NCBI GenBank assembly: GCA_963808235.1
Contig: CAWEEQ010000004.1
Span: forward strand, 32,001 to 96,000
Reading direction: 5' to 3'
Origin: an uncultured delta proteobacterium
GTDB lineage: Bacteria > Desulfobacterota > Binatia > Binatales > Binataceae
Length of the DNA stretch: 64,000 nucleotides
Positions 37,999-47,497 of this stretch are shown in pieces; positions within the stretch are counted from its first letter, which is position 1, and each line of letters opens with the position of its first letter. The notes beneath the pieces are model-generated. The model saw only the letters and a list, made by a program, of their open reading frames with translations. It was not told where the DNA came from and made no database searches. A program made the position numbers and the translations under genes.

Positions 37999-38403
37999 CT
38001 ATCGCCAAGTGAGTTGATTCTTCACCGTGACGACGCCCTCGATGTTCTGCGCAAGTAAAGTCGCCCGCTTTGCATCGTTCGCCGATGCTACGACTCCGCT
38101 CAATTGCACGGTGCCGTGGTCGCAGTCGACGACGACTGGATATTTATCCGAGATGCCCTTGTCGGCCAGTGAAGTCTTCACCTCGGTTATTATCAGGTCA
38201 TCGTGCGCGCGCTCGGCGGGAGAATTATAGTGATGCTCAGCCGACGATTGTACGGTGTCGTGCTCGAGGTTTATCGACTTGGTCGTGGCTATTTCGTTAT
38301 GCGAGGGCGCCGGCGAGTCCTGTTGCGCGTGAACTCGAAGCGCCAGTGCGAGTCCTACTACCACACCGCACAGCACAGTGGAGATTAATTTTTTGTGTCT
38401 CAT
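37999..38403 (-). CDS. secreted BON-domain protein
   Basis: signal peptide; D..IT.EVK..L, G.V.LSG.V, GVVTVKNQL. Confidence 0.8.
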   Translation of the reverse strand: MRHKKLISTVLCGVVVGLALALRVHAQQDSPAPSHNEIATTKSINLEHDTVQSSAEHHYNSPAERAHDDLIITEVKTSLADKGISDKYPVVVDCDHGTVQLSGVVASANDAKRATLLAQNIEGVVTVKNQLTWR

Positions 38404-38453
38404 GATTTGGATGCCTGGTGCACGAGGAATCGATTCCCCGTGCACCCCTGTTC

Positions 38454-38825
38454 TTAGTCAGTGCTCTCGTTGTAGGTCTTCTTCTGATAAGTCTGAGTCT
38501 CCGCAGTCGGCGCCATTGGGGCTGGCGCGACCACTACAGGAGCCGGCGTCACCGTGGTCGACTCGCTGTGATACGCATTGACACTTTCCGCACTCGAGTT
38601 GTCGCCGGTCTCAGTGGAGTGCGACGCGCTCTTTTCCTCGGTGGTATTGATCCTCGAAGGAGGTGAAGTCACCACGGTCACCGGCGCTGGCGCGGGCTGC
38701 ACGTAGGAAGTGCTGGTACTGGTAGTTTCTTTGACGCGGTCAGTTGATTCGCCGCATCCACTCACAAATGGAATGATGACCGCGCTCAATGCGGAGAGCG
38801 CAATCAAACGTCCTGCTTTGTTCAT
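38454..38825 (-). CDS. Thr/Ser/Pro-rich lipoprotein
   Basis: lipobox VSGC, RBS AGGAGG, low-complexity body. Confidence 0.7.
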   Translation of the reverse strand: MNKAGRLIALSALSAVIIPFVSGCGESTDRVKETTSTSTSYVQPAPAPVTVVTSPPSRINTTEEKSASHSTETGDNSSAESVNAYHSESTTVTPAPVVVAPAPMAPTAETQTYQKKTYNESTD

Positions 38826-38907
38826 TTCCGATAGCCTCCTTGGCTCTGTCGACGGTTAACTGGCGGTCGAGACTGATGCCCGCGGGCTCCCGCCACGTTA
38901 AGAGGAG

Positions 38908-38923
38908 AGCAAAACCGGGACCA
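38908..38923 (-). promoter_or_regulatory. sigma54 promoter TGGTCC-CGGTT-TTGCT
   Basis: GG-N10-GC upstream of 38825. Confidence 0.65.
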
Positions 38924-39142
38924 CATAGGTGCGATTAACTTACTGACTTATAGTAACGACGATTTATCGACGCGGGTTAAACTCAGGCGGGTAATTGCTT
39001 CCCTATGGTTCCGCGAGTACCCACTAACCCCGATTCCTCGGCTGCGAATCGCTTACGAGATGCCGACGAAGCTCTCGTTCCGCGCTCAGCCAATCTTCCT
39101 GTATTGGCCGTGGCGACGACCTCGAGAATGAATTCGTGCATT

Positions 39143-39442
39143 TCAGTCATTACTCAGTGGAAATATCGATACTTCGTTATTGACTATCTGCACATCGGCC
39201 AGGCTGTCGGCCACAAATTCCGCGTGCTCAGCTGCGTCCCATGAGTCAGCTCGACCCGGAAGCGTAATCACTCCACGATCGGTGTGAACCTTAATCACGT
39301 TTTGGGCGGCTACCTGCCCTTGCTTCTCCCAAGTTTCGCCGTGGCGCCTGCTCGACGAATTAATCACGCAAAGAGCGGAGCCCACGATAATGAGACTGCC
39401 GAATATTCCGATTGCCAAGATCGCTGGATAGTTTCGCTTCAT
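39143..39442 (-). CDS. small BON-domain protein (possibly degenerate)
   Basis: TM/signal then IKVHTDRGVITL.G.ADSW..V..VNNEV. Confidence 0.6.
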   Translation of the reverse strand: MKRNYPAILAIGIFGSLIIVGSALCVINSSSRRHGETWEKQGQVAAQNVIKVHTDRGVITLPGRADSWDAAEHAEFVADSLADVQIVNNEVSIFPLSND

Positions 39443-39494
39443 TTTTGCTCACTCCTGGTTAGGCGGTCGAAGGCCCAGGCACGAGGATAAGAGG

Positions 39495-39510
39495 AGCAAC
39501 GGCCATACCA
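39495..39510 (-). promoter_or_regulatory. sigma54 promoter TGGTAT-GGCCG-TTGCT
   Basis: GG-N10-GC upstream of 39442. Confidence 0.7.
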
Positions 39511-39679
39511 TCCGTGAAAGCGGTTTAATGGAGCATTTCTTTACAGCAGTTGTGAAATATTTTCCTGAATACCGACCGAAAGAACCCCATTTGGCAAGAA
39601 GTACCGAAGGCGCAGAAATGCCTCGATTCTGTGCGGAACGCGCGAAAATAGGCGCTTATTGCAGCATCGCGCTCCCGCG

Positions 39680-39695
39680 TGGCTCAAATGTTGCG
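39680..39695 (+). promoter_or_regulatory. sigma54 promoter TGGCTC-AAATG-TTGCG
   Basis: GG-N10-GC upstream of 39763. Confidence 0.65.
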
Positions 39696-39762
39696 TTTTC
39701 TCGAAGTACGCAGACTGCCGTTTCGATCTTCAAGCGGCGTCGATGAGAAGGAGGTAAATTCC

Positions 39763-39993
39763 ATGAAGAGCATCGTAGTATTCGGCGCAATCATCGCATT
39801 GCTCGGACTGATCGCGTTCGCGATACCTTCATTCAATACGCACAAAACCGAAGACGTTGCCAAGCTCGGCGATCTGAAGCTCGAAGCCAACACCGAGGAG
39901 ACCCACTTCATTCCTCCTCTACTTAGTGAAGGCGCGATATTACTCGGGGTACTGATTATCGGCGCAGGAGTACTGACTAATCGCCAGTCCTGA
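39763..39993 (+). CDS. small two-TM protein (DUF3185-like)
   Basis: RBS AAGGAGGT; TM - DVAKLGDLKL..IPP - TM. Confidence 0.7.
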   Translation: MKSIVVFGAIIALLGLIAFAIPSFNTHKTEDVAKLGDLKLEANTEETHFIPPLLSEGAILLGVLIIGAGVLTNRQS

Positions 39994-40062
39994 GCCAGCG
40001 AATACTCGGGAGGGTCTTCAAATAGCAAGTCGAAGCAGCGTTCGGAGGAAAGACTTACTAAT

Positions 40063-40215
40063 CTAGACCCTGCCCAGCAACGCCAGGACCAGCACTATAA
40101 CGAGAACCGTTCCAAGCGCTCCGCTCGGGAAATAACCCCAGTTAGCGCTGTAGGGCCACGCAGGCAACGCGCCGAGAAGCAGGACAACTAGTATGACCAA
40201 TAGTATCAAGTTCAT
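40063..40215 (-). CDS. DUF3309 family small membrane protein
   Basis: LLGALPAWPYSANWGYFPSG. Confidence 0.85.
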   Translation of the reverse strand: MNLILLVILVVLLLGALPAWPYSANWGYFPSGALGTVLVIVLVLALLGRV

Positions 40216-40367
40216 TTTGTTCTCCTGAAGTTTGGGACCGCACCCGGGTTTACATCGTGTGAGCAACCAGGTACCAAATCACGATCAGCGAGAGAGGAAC
40301 GCCGAGAATCCATGCTACTGCGTAACGCATTTGCTATCTCCTTAAAGTACTGAACTCAAAGAAGTAA

Positions 40368-40383
40368 AGCAGAAACCCTGCCA
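40368..40383 (-). promoter_or_regulatory. sigma54 promoter TGGCAG-GGTTT-CTGCT
   Basis: GG-N10-GC about 150 bp upstream of DUF3309 gene. Confidence 0.5.
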
Positions 40384-40754
40384 CTGACTACTGCGCCTTA
40401 GCGCGTACTCAGTTGATCTGATATCACCCTGCGTCTTGTACTCACGGATTTATTACCGGGCGTGGAAGTCCCAAAAGTGTACTTGAACTCGCATGTGGCA
40501 GGGGTCGAATGGCTATTGCGGTCGAATAGCTATTGCGGTCTTCGAAGGATGTGCGTGCACAGACTATTCGGGCGATGCTATTCGTGCCGGCGCCTGGGTC
40601 AGCATCGCGGCAACAGATTCAGATAGGACGGAGACCGATTCGAAGTTGAGTCGGGGAATTGGCGGCAGGACCGAGTCGCGGACGCGTCTCAGCCGTGTTG
40701 GGGCTGAGTCGGGGAGTGTGGTCCGCGACGCCGGCCACTGCCGGGAAACCGTAG

Positions 40755-40838
40755 TCAGGCGTTCTTTCCGCAGCAGTCCTTGTACATCTTGCCGGAACCG
40801 CACGGACACGGGGCGGACGGATTAGGTGTGCTCGCCAT
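40755..40838 (-). CDS. 27-aa stand-alone SEC-C motif peptide MASTPNPSAPCPCGSGKMYKDCCGKNA
   Basis: not in ORF track; RBS AAGGAGGT; CPCGSGKxYKxCC motif. Confidence 0.85.
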   Translation of the reverse strand: MASTPNPSAPCPCGSGKMYKDCCGKNA

Positions 40839-40881
40839 ATATATAGCACCTCCTTCTTAGTCGAGAGCGTAATTAAATCGA

Positions 40882-40897
40882 CGCAATCGGCATGCCA
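40882..40897 (-). promoter_or_regulatory. sigma54 promoter TGGCAT-GCCGA-TTGCG
   Basis: GG-N10-GC upstream of SEC-C peptide. Confidence 0.75.
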
Positions 40898-41101
40898 TCG
40901 TCGTCGAGGATTCGGCGATTGAGTATCGCAGGGACTACGGGCATTCAGTTAGCGATTCGAGCTCGCGACCGCAAAACAATCGGTAAGTATGTAAAACTGA
41001 CCGCCAGTTCTATAGCCATTTCTTTCCGCAGACGTTCAGAAGGCGTCGTCGATATGGCGGTGGCGAAGGAAAGCGAGCGCGGAGTGCGACTATCGGCGGC
41101 G

Positions 41102-41776
41102 CTAGCGTCGCGAGCGCGCCGCTACGCGAGCTTGTGCCTGACTGTCGTTCTGGAGCAGGTAGACTTTGGCCGCGGGCGCGGCGCGAATGACTTCGCTTGC
41201 GAAGTTCAAGCCGTTCGCACCCAGAATTTCTGAATCGCAAATGATATTGTCGAAGTCAGCTTCGGTCTCCAGGGCCTGGAGTCCCTCGGCCACCGACGCC
41301 GCGACGATCACGTCGCAACCGCTGCGCTCGAGCCCGCTTCTCATCGATGAGTCTGCAGTGACCTCGGTCTGTTCCTTTCCGATCAGCAGGACTCTCGTTC
41401 GCGGCCGGTCTTCACGAATCTGCGCGGTTGCGTTGGCCTCTGCGATTTCACGCTCGATGAGCGCGGTGCGGATCGCCCCGACGAGCTGTTCCGCGCGTAT
41501 GTAGTCCTGAAGATTCCGCACGCAGTCCACCGCCTTTTCGACCAGGTCCGCGAGACGGTCCATGTTTCCGGTCGACGGCGGCAACGGGTTCTGATGATGG
41601 CGCAGCAAGGCCACCCGCAGTCCGAGCGCGTTCAGAATGTCGTTCAGGTCGATAGCGGCCTGAAGGGCTACCAGACCGATCGGCGCGGGTATTCGCGCCG
41701 AGGTCTGGGAGCCCATAGCAGCAACTTCAGGATGTCGATCGGAAGCTACTTTTGCCGCATCGCCCAAAAGCATCAC
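41102..41776 (-). CDS. atypical receiver-domain protein with degenerate HisKA-like N-terminus
   Basis: AAIDLNDILNALGLRVALL helix pair; C-terminal REC-like FDNIICD..GANG. Confidence 0.55.
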   Translation of the reverse strand: MMLLGDAAKVASDRHPEVAAMGSQTSARIPAPIGLVALQAAIDLNDILNALGLRVALLRHHQNPLPPSTGNMDRLADLVEKAVDCVRNLQDYIRAEQLVGAIRTALIEREIAEANATAQIREDRPRTRVLLIGKEQTEVTADSSMRSGLERSGCDVIVAASVAEGLQALETEADFDNIICDSEILGANGLNFASEVIRAAPAAKVYLLQNDSQAQARVAARSRR

Positions 41777-41791
41777 ATCACGAGAGAACTA

Positions 41792-42205
41792 TCAGTCCGT
41801 GCGCGAAGCGCTCACGACGGTCAAATTGTTCTTCACCCGCCGGACGCCTTCGGTATGCTCGGCAATGTCGCGCGCGCGGTCAGCCGCCTCGCGCGAGGAC
41901 ACTTGTCCCTGCAGCGTGACCACTCCGGCCCTTGTGTACACGTTAATCGAGGCCGCGCCGAGGGCCGGATCATTGTGCAGCGCCTTTTTGACCCTCATGT
42001 TGACGGTCGTGTCCTTCACCTCGATCTTGGTGCCATGATACACGTCCTCGGCGGCGGCGGCGGTATCGGAACCGGCCTGCTTGAGGTTAGATCCCGCCGC
42101 GTGCATCGCGTCGCCGGCGGACTCCTGCGCGAACGCCGGCATCGCCATCGCGAGGCCCAGCAATACGGCTGGTGCAACGAATTTCAACGAGTGGTTTCTT
42201 TTCAT
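41792..42205 (-). CDS. secreted BON-domain (OsmY-like) protein
   Basis: signal peptide AFA; GVVTLQGQV, EGVRRVKNNL. Confidence 0.85.
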   Translation of the reverse strand: MKRNHSLKFVAPAVLLGLAMAMPAFAQESAGDAMHAAGSNLKQAGSDTAAAAEDVYHGTKIEVKDTTVNMRVKKALHNDPALGAASINVYTRAGVVTLQGQVSSREAADRARDIAEHTEGVRRVKNNLTVVSASRTD

Positions 42206-42233
42206 AATTGGTCTCCCTTTTGACGGGATTTCC

Positions 42234-42428
42234 TTATTCAACGCCTTGCGACTTGAACCATTTCTCGATCGCTTCGCGCTGGTCGCCGGAGCGCTCCTGG
42301 ATCTTTCCGACCAGCTTTTCCATGCTGCCCTGCGCCTGGCGAAGATCATCGTCGGTAATCTGTCCCCATTTGCGTTTGATTTCGCCAGTCAACTGCTTCA
42401 GTTTTCCCTTTGCCTGATCGGTGTTCAT
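42234..42428 (-). CDS. CsbD family stress protein
   Basis: MNTDQAKGK.KQL.GEIKRKWGQITDDDL. Confidence 0.9.
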   Translation of the reverse strand: MNTDQAKGKLKQLTGEIKRKWGQITDDDLRQAQGSMEKLVGKIQERSGDQREAIEKWFKSQGVE

Positions 42429-42489
42429 TACAAACCTCTCCAGTCCTGTTTGATTAATCAGACCAACTCCGGTCTGACACAGATTATCA

Positions 42490-42505
42490 AGCAATGGTGA
42501 GGCCA
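42490..42505 (-). promoter_or_regulatory. sigma54 promoter TGGCCT-CACCA-TTGCT
   Basis: GG-N10-GC upstream of csbD-like gene. Confidence 0.75.
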
Positions 42506-42602
42506 GTAGAATAAAGCCCCGAATTACAAGGCTTTTCTTGCGGTACCGGTAGTAATTTCTTCACGCTTCAGGGCGAAAAACAGAACGGCGGGCGGAAGTT
42601 CC

Positions 42603-43430
42603 TCAGCGCATCGAGTTTGTGGAGGTCCCGGCGATTTTGGGCAGTGGATCGAGCAGGGTCGAAGCTTTGCTTGCGAGGCTGGTCGCGGCGACGTTGTCAC
42701 GATCGGCCAGCGCTTTCTTGGCATCCTGGAGGAGTCGTTGCGCGAGGACGTCGCGCGCGGTTTCGTCAGCGCTCAGGTCGTTGCGATCGATTCGCTTTTC
42801 GATCTTGTCGACCTCATCGATTAACTTTGCGGCGTTCGCAGGATCAGGTCCGCTCGAAGATCCTATCGCCGGAAGACTCGCAGTAGCTACGCTGGCGCTC
42901 TCCAAACCGGGCGTGCCTTTGGCGTGCGCCGCCGGAGTCGATCCGGAAGCGCCTGCTGCGAACGCTGCTCCTGGAGTTCCGGCCAAGGAAGCAACCGGGT
43001 TCGCTTCCAGACTGACGACATTTTTGCCGGCGCCCTCACCTTCGACTTGCGATGCTGCATTCGCGGCCTGGCGCGCTTGCTTTGAGGCTTGCAGCGCTTT
43101 TTCCGACGCCTGGGCCGCGCTCTCGGAAGCCTGCGATGCCTTCTCGACCGCGATATGCGCTTCGTTTGCGGATTTCTTGTGACCGCGCGCCTGTCCGGCC
43201 ACCGGCGTCGGTGTCGGCGACGATGTTGCGGACTCGGCTGGTGTAGCTACGGACGCCTCCGATCGAGGCGGCTCAGCCCTGGAGCCAAAGAAACGCCCAA
43301 CGCTCGAGGTTCCGCCCGCGCAACCGGAGAACAAAATCGGCTGCGCTGAAAGCAGACCAAACAGCAACCACAAGGCGAGCCGAGCAGCCTGCCTATGCGG
43401 CGCTGGAGACCGACGTTTTGGCGGGCGCAT
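42603..43430 (-). CDS. Ala/Ser-rich lipoprotein with helical C-terminal domain
   Basis: lipobox FSGC; overlaps kinase 3-prime end. Confidence 0.65.
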   Translation of the reverse strand: MRPPKRRSPAPHRQAARLALWLLFGLLSAQPILFSGCAGGTSSVGRFFGSRAEPPRSEASVATPAESATSSPTPTPVAGQARGHKKSANEAHIAVEKASQASESAAQASEKALQASKQARQAANAASQVEGEGAGKNVVSLEANPVASLAGTPGAAFAAGASGSTPAAHAKGTPGLESASVATASLPAIGSSSGPDPANAAKLIDEVDKIEKRIDRNDLSADETARDVLAQRLLQDAKKALADRDNVAATSLASKASTLLDPLPKIAGTSTNSMR

Positions 43431-45207
43431 TAGCAGCAATCGGAAAAGTGACCGTGCATACCGTACCCTGGCCGACTTGCGAGTCTATAGAAATCTTTCC
43501 GCCGTTCAACTCGATCGCGCGCATCGCAAACGGCAAGCCAAGACCGCTGCCGTTGCTCTTGGTCGTGTAATACAGATCGAAGATTCTATCCAATTGCTCT
43601 TTCGGAATTCCATGCCCCTGGTCGGCGATGCTTACCTCGACCGACGATCCGCCCGTCTTGCTCGACAACTTGATGGCGCCGCCATCGCGCATCGCCTGGT
43701 CGGCGTTGGTTATCACATTGGTCAGCGCCTCGTAAATCATGCCGCGGTCTGCGCGGATGGGCGGCATCGGCGAGTCCAGTTGATATTCGACTTTGATTCG
43801 ATCGCCGATCACATGAGAGCCGAGTTCCTTCAGAAGCTCATTCATGTCGAAATCAGTGACCTTCAAATCCTCGGGGCGCATAAATCGCAGCAAGGCTTCA
43901 ACCGCCTCGTCAAGACGGGTCACTTCGCGCCGCAACCTTTCGACATGCCTTGCGCCTAGCTCGCCTGCTTCACGGCTCAGGAGTTCGAGCCGCATGTTCA
44001 TTCCATGCAAAGGACTGCGCAGTTGATGAGCCAGGCCCGAAATCAGCGTGCCCAGCCGGGCCAGCCGGTTGGAAGCGTCGAGCGCGGTTTCGAGCTCGAT
44101 AACCGGCTGCAGATCGCGCAGAACGATCAGCAGGCCGGCCGGAATTCGTTCGTGGCCGAGGCGGAAAAACGAAACCAGAAAACTGCTGGAATCCCCAAGC
44201 GTCAGCGGGACATCATGAGCTTCGGTGCCCGCGACCGTTGACTGTACGAGCGCGAGGACCGGATGCGAACTGTCGAGAACCGCGGTGAGCGGGCCGCCTT
44301 CAAGCGTGTCTTTCCCCTTCTTCGGTGCAAGCAGTGCTTGCGCTATCTCGTTCACGAACAGCACAACTCCATTGGCATCGAGCAGCACGACGCCGTCCTG
44401 AATCGATCGAATCGCGTCGAAGAGGCCGGTCTGATCGTTGTCCAAGCGAGATCGATCGGCCCTGACCTGGCGCGACAATTCGTTGAATTTCTCCGCCAGG
44501 GTGCTTAGTTCGCCGCCGCCCGCGACTTTGACTTCGGCGGGATTCGCGCCGGCCTTGAGCTGGTCGAAGCCGCGAGCCAACACCGCGAACTGTTCGAGGA
44601 TTCGGTTGGCAATCAGCGACACCACCAGCAAGGCGCCGGCGATGACCAATCCCGCGGTGGTGACGATCACAATCAACAAGTGGCGAACCTTGTCGGCGAT
44701 CAGCGCCGTGGTCACGCCGATCGAAATGGTCGCGACAGGCCGGTTGTTGATTTCCACCCGGCGGCGCGCTTCGAACACCTTGGAGGTCATAAGGTTGGGC
44801 AGCGATGCGAACAGCATCCATCGTCCCGCATCCGCATCGAGTTCCGCGATGGACGCCATGTTGAGCGCCGGCCTTCCCTCACCTTCCCCGTGCGCCGCGA
44901 CGACGATGGTGCCGTCGGCTCCGACAATCGCCGCATTCACGACTCCGGGGCCGAAGGCGACAGTGGAATCGAGCACTTTCCTGACTGGTTCGCTATTCTT
45001 CAGCTTCTCGGTGACGTTGGCGCCGTTGCCTTGTTCCAGCGCGAGGCGCACCTGTTCGAAGATCTGCTCGATCATGAAGTCGGTGGACCGGGACATGTCC
45101 TCGATCATCGTGTCGATTCTGGAATCGAGCGAGATGAGGCTCAGCGCGATGATCGGAACGAGCATCAATGCGAGAGCGATGAGGGCCAGTCTTGCTCGCA
45201 GTTGCAT
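43393..45207 (-). CDS. sensor histidine kinase (TM, HAMP, PAS, HisKA, HATPase)
   Basis: LAHQLRSPL, NVITNA, DQGHG, GSGLGL. Confidence 0.93.
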   Translation of the reverse strand: MQLRARLALIALALMLVPIIALSLISLDSRIDTMIEDMSRSTDFMIEQIFEQVRLALEQGNGANVTEKLKNSEPVRKVLDSTVAFGPGVVNAAIVGADGTIVVAAHGEGEGRPALNMASIAELDADAGRWMLFASLPNLMTSKVFEARRRVEINNRPVATISIGVTTALIADKVRHLLIVIVTTAGLVIAGALLVVSLIANRILEQFAVLARGFDQLKAGANPAEVKVAGGGELSTLAEKFNELSRQVRADRSRLDNDQTGLFDAIRSIQDGVVLLDANGVVLFVNEIAQALLAPKKGKDTLEGGPLTAVLDSSHPVLALVQSTVAGTEAHDVPLTLGDSSSFLVSFFRLGHERIPAGLLIVLRDLQPVIELETALDASNRLARLGTLISGLAHQLRSPLHGMNMRLELLSREAGELGARHVERLRREVTRLDEAVEALLRFMRPEDLKVTDFDMNELLKELGSHVIGDRIKVEYQLDSPMPPIRADRGMIYEALTNVITNADQAMRDGGAIKLSSKTGGSSVEVSIADQGHGIPKEQLDRIFDLYYTTKSNGSGLGLPFAMRAIELNGGKISIDSQVGQGTVCTVTFPIAANAPAKTSVSSAA

Positions 45208-45489
45208 TAATTACCCGCGTCAATTTTGGTCCGGCTCAGAATGTCGTCGCAAGGCCAAACCGCGAGAGACGACTAACGCTCCGAGGGCCGAGTCGTTCAA
45301 GCTTGTTGTACAGAGTTCTCGCGCCGAGGCCAAGAACCTCGGCGCGCGACTTTTATTCGTACCGTGAATTCGATTGTGCGCGCGATCATTTCATTCTCGA
45401 CCGTTCTCCATAAATGCGATTCAAAATCAGGTTGGGAAATGGCGGTCCCTTAACCAGTAAGCTAGTGAATTGCACGCGTCTGGCGTAGC

Positions 45490-46251
45490 ATGCAGACCGA
45501 TGCGTCGGTCACGATGAAAAGGTCCCCGCGATCAGATAGAACGAGAAGTCTCAAGGGACTCGCCAACATTTCCTGGCTCGCGGCGGAACAACTGGAGAAA
45601 CTTGCCGACGCACTGACGGTGACCCGTCACGAAAAGCGGAGCACTATTTTCTCTGACAAACATTCCTCCGAAGCCGCTTTCATTTTGCTTTCTGGTGTTG
45701 CTCGCATTACCTGCGTCAATCGCAAGGGCCGGCGAACAATGGCGATCTTGTTGTCGCCCGGACTGATTCCGGAGTTCCCGTTAGCCGTAGCCGGCATCAC
45801 GTACAGCTTTCGCTGCGAAGCCGTTACCAGTTGCCAGGTTGGAACCACTGGATTCGATAACTTCATGAAAATCTGCCTAGGGATCGGATCGGCAAGCTTC
45901 CGGAAGATGGCCGCCGGTCTTTTAGGACGTTGGGACCGGGTGCACCTGCGCTGCTCCAACTTGATGGCATGCACGATTGAGGAACGCCTGGCGCTCACGC
46001 TGCTCGATTTGACCGAGAATTTCGGTGTTCGCAGACTGCACGGGGGAGTGCTGCTGGGCGAGCTGATCCGGCAAGGCGATTTGGCTGAGCTAGTCGGAGC
46101 CTCGCGACCTCGAGTAACGGAACATTTGCGCAAGCTTACGCAGAAACACCTGATTTCCCGGAACAGTCAGGGCATGGTGGTAGACGACAAAGGACTGAGA
46201 AGCTTTCTGCTGGAAAGAGATCGCGAAGGGTTCTCTGGGGAACTCCGTTAG
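45490..46251 (+). CDS. Crp/Fnr family transcriptional regulator
   Basis: cNMP-like barrel (ILLSGVARI), EERLALTLLDL, LAELVGASRPRVT. Confidence 0.88.
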   Translation: MQTDASVTMKRSPRSDRTRSLKGLANISWLAAEQLEKLADALTVTRHEKRSTIFSDKHSSEAAFILLSGVARITCVNRKGRRTMAILLSPGLIPEFPLAVAGITYSFRCEAVTSCQVGTTGFDNFMKICLGIGSASFRKMAAGLLGRWDRVHLRCSNLMACTIEERLALTLLDLTENFGVRRLHGGVLLGELIRQGDLAELVGASRPRVTEHLRKLTQKHLISRNSQGMVVDDKGLRSFLLERDREGFSGELR

Positions 46252-46476
46252 TTCGATTTTCCTTACATTGCTACGTATACGCATGAGATGCTGATCCGGA
46301 CAGCATCGGCGCGGATTTTGCCCGCCGGAAAGATTCCACCACGCGCTTGATAATTTGTCCGTGGAATCCGAAACACCTTGGTGCTTCGTCCGCACTTTAT
46401 TGGTTCAGATAAACTATGAGCGAATGGACTCTCAACGCGCAGTCGATCAAGGGCAAGATTCCCCAGGGGTACCGCC

Positions 46477-47460
46477 ATGCCAAGTGAAATATTGCGAGAG
46501 CTCATTCTTGAGCTTAGCGAATCCGATCGTACCGAGATCATCCGCGAGGCAGGGATACCTGACGACCGGCCGGCGCTCCTGCGCGGAGGCGCAGAGGATG
46601 GACCTGTGGAGGAGGCCGATTCCTGGGTAACTCAGAATGGCGCCAAGATACTTCCGCATCTCTTACGAAGGATCGATCCTTCAGACAGTGAGATGGTCCA
46701 GCTCGTTCAAAGCGGAATGTTGCCTTTCGACCCAAACTTGCTGGAACCGCGCGAATTTATTGTTCGATTCAACCATCCCGCGATGCGCAGTGCGCCCGAT
46801 GGCGGGCTGCCGCTCTCCGAAGTCGCGGCCACCTCATTAGCGCTGACTGAACTCGTTACCTCGCTGTTGTCCGCGAATCGCTCGTTTGGCGCGGACACCG
46901 TGATGCCGACGGTACGGGTTGCCGCTGGCTCGGTGGACTTTTCCGCAATGGGCACGGGTTTGATCGCGGCCGGGTTGGGTCTGCTCGCTGCGTGCGGGAT
47001 CGGTGTGATTTCTGCCCCTGTTATCGCAGGCACGGCGGTCCTCTCCAGTGCTATCGATCTGACGCTGAATTGGCAGAAGCGAAGTTCCGAAAAGGGAAGA
47101 AGCGACGGAGAGAAGGCAGGAGCCGTTGCCGAGAGGGAGAGGGCCGATGCCGACCGGGCAAGAGCCGATGACAAAAAAATCGAAGTGGAGACAATAGGCC
47201 AGGAACTGGAGAATGAGATCAAGCGGGTTCGATTGGGCAACTTGCCGGTTCAGGCGGAAGCCCATAAGGCGGAGAAGTCCGAAACGCGTCCACCGTCATT
47301 CTTCGTACCTTTTGCGCTAATCGAGCAAACCGCGCAAGAAAATGGTTTGGCGGCGGCGCACGGTGTCCATCTCGTCAATCGAGGATTGCCGTCCCTATTC
47401 GCGATTCTGCGCGTGATGCCCGGACTGCTGATTACCGTCGAGAATAGAGTGCTGCAATAG
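46477..47460 (+). CDS. hypothetical protein with Gly/Ala-rich hydrophobic hairpin and charged coiled segment
   Basis: 327-aa ORF filling the gap between Crp and response regulator genes. Confidence 0.55.
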   Translation: MPSEILRELILELSESDRTEIIREAGIPDDRPALLRGGAEDGPVEEADSWVTQNGAKILPHLLRRIDPSDSEMVQLVQSGMLPFDPNLLEPREFIVRFNHPAMRSAPDGGLPLSEVAATSLALTELVTSLLSANRSFGADTVMPTVRVAAGSVDFSAMGTGLIAAGLGLLAACGIGVISAPVIAGTAVLSSAIDLTLNWQKRSSEKGRSDGEKAGAVAERERADADRARADDKKIEVETIGQELENEIKRVRLGNLPVQAEAHKAEKSETRPPSFFVPFALIEQTAQENGLAAAHGVHLVNRGLPSLFAILRVMPGLLITVENRVLQ

Positions 47461-47497
47461 ACCGCGGCGGCCGGTTGCGTTTCTCCGGCGGGCGCGA

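Noticed and set aside
40262-40276. Sigma54-like TGGTACCTGGTTGCT close to the DUF3309 gene
   Set aside because: Spacing is GG-N9-GC, one base short; not counted unless an indel error is shown
40504-40540. 17-bp tandem duplication GTCGAAT(G/A)GCTATTGCG
   Set aside because: Only two units with no associated gene; no function supportable
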